Shown here: positions 61,305 through 64,000 of the stretch, one piece after another
Position numbering within the stretch: the stretch's first letter is position 1
Layout of the letters: each line of letters begins with the position of its first letter
Origin: an uncultured Clostridia bacterium
GTDB taxonomy: Bacteria; Bacillota; Clostridia; TANB77; CAG-508
Direction of reading: 5' to 3'
Length of the DNA stretch: 64,000 bases
NCBI GenBank assembly: GCA_944393385.1
Contig: CALYAA010000004.1
Coordinates: 9,401 to 73,400 of the forward strand
The notes under the pieces: generated by a model
Database searches by the model: none
Told to the model about the DNA's origin: nothing
What the model saw: the letters and a program-made list of their open reading frames with translations, nothing else
Position numbers and translations under genes: made by a program

Positions 61305-62387
61305 ATGAGCATTGAATCTGACTTAAGAAAAGATGGTATTAAAGTAGTTGATATATTAGACACTGTTACTGTTAATAAAATAGCTCACAACATTGCTTCA
61401 AAGCTTTGTGAAACATTTCCAGAACTTTGTTTTAATGAAGCTGATTTATTTTCAAAACTATCATGTTTAACAATGTATCGAGCTACTATGCCAGAAGGAA
61501 TGGCAGAAGCTAATTATTTTTATAAAAACACTTCTATATATTTTAATGCAAAAGTTGACACAGAAGATTTAGAAGAATTTGCAATACATGAGTGTATTCA
61601 TTACATACAAGAAATTAAAGATAAAAAAAACAATTTAATTAGAATGGGATTATGTAATTTTGATGCATTAAAAATTGTAGGAATGGGATTAAATGAAGCA
61701 GCTGTACAATATGCTACATCAAAGGTTATTGGAATAAAAAAAGAAGCAGTAAAATATTTTGGAGTTTCTTTTGAAACAGCAAGTCCTTCTTATTATCCTT
61801 TAGAATGTAATTTAATTGAACAATTAGCTTATTTTACAGGTGAAACTATCTTATTTGATAGTACTTTCACAAGTAATGATAAATTTAAAGAAGCTTTTTC
61901 TGAATTAACATCATCAAAAACTTATCATGAAGTTGAATTATGTTGTGATCAAATTTTAGAGTTGGAAGAAGAAATTTTAAAATTAAATAATAAATTTAAT
62001 TCTTATGATGAAAGAAGTTCTAAAGTCGACAAAATTGTTGCCAAACAAGATGTTTTAAAAGAAAAAATTTCTTCATATTATTTAAGAGCTCAAAATGCTA
62101 TTACGAAAGGTTATTTTGATAAAGAATTTAAAACAATTACAAATTTAGAAGAGCTTGATAATTATAGAAAAAAATTAGATCATTATGGAGAGTTAATTGG
62201 TAAAACTGATGATTATACTTTCTTTGATGATTACTATACAGAAAAGATGTCACAATTAGAACATAAATCTAACGTGCTTGAAAATGGTGGCATTGAAACA
62301 GCTCTTGAAGTTAAGAAACCAAATAAGGTAGTTTCTTGGTTCAAGGCACTTCTACACTTCGTAACAGGAGATAAAATAAATAATTAA
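61305..62387 (+). CDS. Uncharacterised HExxH (gluzincin-like) putative metallopeptidase
   Basis: AIHECIHYIQ plus downstream GLNEAAVQY; GGAGG RBS; no signal peptide. Confidence 0.75.
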   Translation: MSIESDLRKDGIKVVDILDTVTVNKIAHNIASKLCETFPELCFNEADLFSKLSCLTMYRATMPEGMAEANYFYKNTSIYFNAKVDTEDLEEFAIHECIHYIQEIKDKKNNLIRMGLCNFDALKIVGMGLNEAAVQYATSKVIGIKKEAVKYFGVSFETASPSYYPLECNLIEQLAYFTGETILFDSTFTSNDKFKEAFSELTSSKTYHEVELCCDQILELEEEILKLNNKFNSYDERSSKVDKIVAKQDVLKEKISSYYLRAQNAITKGYFDKEFKTITNLEELDNYRKKLDHYGELIGKTDDYTFFDDYYTEKMSQLEHKSNVLENGGIETALEVKKPNKVVSWFKALLHFVTGDKINN

Positions 62388-62761
62388 CAAAAGATTTTAA
62401 GTTACAAAAGATAAATTATTTTAATGTATACAAAAGATTTTTTAAATACAAAAGACAAATTTTAAAAGATTTATACAAATGATTTTCAATAATTTTAACT
62501 AAAGATGATTATTACTAAAGATTATTTAATTTGTATACAAAAGAGATTATATAATAGAATCTACATAAGATATTCATACTAAAGAATATGCTAATACTAA
62601 AGATTTGTATATACAAAAGATATTTGTACAAATGATATTATAAAAAGTTACAAGAGAAGTTTATAATGTACAAAAGTTTTTAATATACATATGACTTCAC
62701 AAAAGATGAAGTTTATACATATGATATTATACTAAAGATAATAAATTTTCTACAAAAAGAT
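62387..62761 (+). repeat. Array of about 21 co-oriented (T)ACWWWWGAT motifs
   Basis: ACAAAAGAT/ACTAAAGAT/ACAAATGAT/ACATATGAT at 12-26 bp spacing. Confidence 0.88.
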
Positions 62762-62775
62762 ATCCCTATCTTTTT

Positions 62776-62812
62776 AACAGAACTTTAAGTGTTTCTTAAA
62801 GTTCTGTTTTTT
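62776..62812 (+). terminator. Intrinsic terminator closing the motif array
   Basis: AACAGAACTTTAAG-tgttt-CTTAAAGTTCTGTT followed by a T run. Confidence 0.8.
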
Positions 62813-62850
62813 GTATAATAGGAAAGTATAACTTTCCTATTATACAAAAA
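62808..62850. repeat. REP-like palindrome (full copy)
   Basis: TTTTTGTATAATAGGAAAGT-ATA-ACTTTCCTATTATACAAAAA; related copies at 31052, 57209, 59481. Confidence 0.8.
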
Positions 62851-62930
62851 TCTAGAATTGCTAATTTTTTGAGATTTTATTCTTGCAGTCGAAAACTCAA
62901 ATCTAGCGATAAAAAGTAGCCAACCCCAAT

Positions 62931-64000
62931 CTAACTTAAAAATTCTGAAATTTTATTTGCCGCATCTCTTCCAGAACGTGCTGCCCAAGCTACAGTACTT
63001 TTACAACCAGCAATATCTCCACCAGCAAATATTTTCTTATTTGAGGTTTGATAATTTTCATCTATATAAATATATCCATATTTATTTAAAACAAGCCCTA
63101 AATCAATTGTAAAGCTCTCTGGCATAGAACCCAAAGCCATAACTACATAATCCATATCTATTATGTAATTTGAATTTTCTATATTAATAGGAACTTTTCT
63201 AGTTTCTCCATCTTTTTGAACTAATTCTGTTTTTATTAATTCTAATTTTTCAACTTTATCTTTTCCAATTATTTTTACAATATTGTTTTGAAATAAAAAT
63301 TCTATTCCTTCATTTTTAGCTTCTTGTATCTCTTTAGTTTCAGCAGGCATTTGTTCTTCTGCTCTTCTATAAATTATTTTTACATTTTCAGCTCCAAGTC
63401 TTATTATAGTTCTTGCACAATCCATTGCAACATTTCCACCACCAATTACGGCAACTTTTTTTCCTCTATAATCTGGATGATTTTTATATTCTAACAGTTG
63501 ATTTCCTCCATAAACACCTTTTAGTCCTTCTCCTTCAATTCCCATTTTAGTTGTTACATTTGCACCATATGCTAAAAATATTGCATCAAAATTTTTTTCT
63601 AATTCATTTAAACTTAAATTTTTTCCAAGTTCAAAATTATATTTTACATCTAAACCTAAATCTATTATTTTCTGTATTGTATTTTTTACAATATCTTTTG
63701 GTAATCTAAATTCAGGGATTCCATGAACTAAAAGACCTCCAAGATAATTATATTTTTCAAAAAGAGTAACAGAAAATCCTTTTTTTAATAAAAACGCTGA
63801 AGCAGTAATACCTGCAGGACCACCTCCTACAATAGCTATTTTTTTATCCTTATTTTTTCTATTTATTTCTGAAATTTTATAACCATTTTTTATTGCAATA
63901 TCTCCAACATAAGCTTCTAAATCACCAATATTTACAGGTGATCCTTTGATTCCTCTTACACAAGAGCCTTCACATTGTTTCATATGTGGACATATTCTTC
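62931..64000 (-). CDS. GltD/NfnB-like FAD/Fe-S oxidoreductase, 5' end outside the window
   Basis: RICPHMKQCEGSC, GGGPAG, GIPEFRLP, GGGNVAMDCAR, YRR, AGGD. Confidence 0.9.
   Translation of the reverse strand, partial: RICPHMKQCEGSCVRGIKGSPVNIGDLEAYVGDIAIKNGYKISEINRKNKDKKIAIVGGGPAGITASAFLLKKGFSVTLFEKYNYLGGLLVHGIPEFRLPKDIVKNTIQKIIDLGLDVKYNFELGKNLSLNELEKNFDAIFLAYGANVTTKMGIEGEGLKGVYGGNQLLEYKNHPDYRGKKVAVIGGGNVAMDCARTIIRLGAENVKIIYRRAEEQMPAETKEIQEAKNEGIEFLFQNNIVKIIGKDKVEKLELIKTELVQKDGETRKVPINIENSNYIIDMDYVVMALGSMPESFTIDLGLVLNKYGYIYIDENYQTSNKKIFAGGDIAGCKSTVAWAARSGRDAANKISEFLS

Noticed and set aside
46261-62761. CRISPR reading of the 32-bp-period repeats or the 62.4-kb motif array
   Set aside because: Repeats and spacers are too short or irregular, and there are no cas genes

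Overview
Very AT-rich (roughly 25% GC by eye) chromosomal segment of a spore-forming Clostridia-type Firmicute, read with the standard genetic code and with most genes on the minus strand. It is mostly housekeeping (xth, tsf, rpsB, clpC, clpB with a CIRCE operator, pgi, rpe, rluB/rluD, mfd, topB, rarA, ruvA, tRNA-Arg-UCU) and sporulation genes (spoVM, a spoVB-like flippase, spoIIE, pdaB, a tandem-OB ssb). I found no CRISPR array, prophage or IS. Main oddities: (1) in-frame CGG codons are almost absent, and 3 of the 4 I found sit where a +1 shift (CGG-A read as GGA) repairs a split gene or gives a plausible alternative C-terminus; (2) about 21 co-oriented copies of a 9-10 nt motif fill the 3' region of an uncharacterised HExxH protein gene that lies next to an XRE regulator; (3) a 2.4-kb non-coding region upstream of rpsB is built from three ~775-bp tandem units; (4) two orphan Spo0A-like regulators sit inside an ABC-transporter/secreted-protein locus; (5) a Replic_Relax-like gene sits among core genes; (6) there is a dispersed REP-like palindrome. 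All calls come from reading the sequence by eye; no searches were run.
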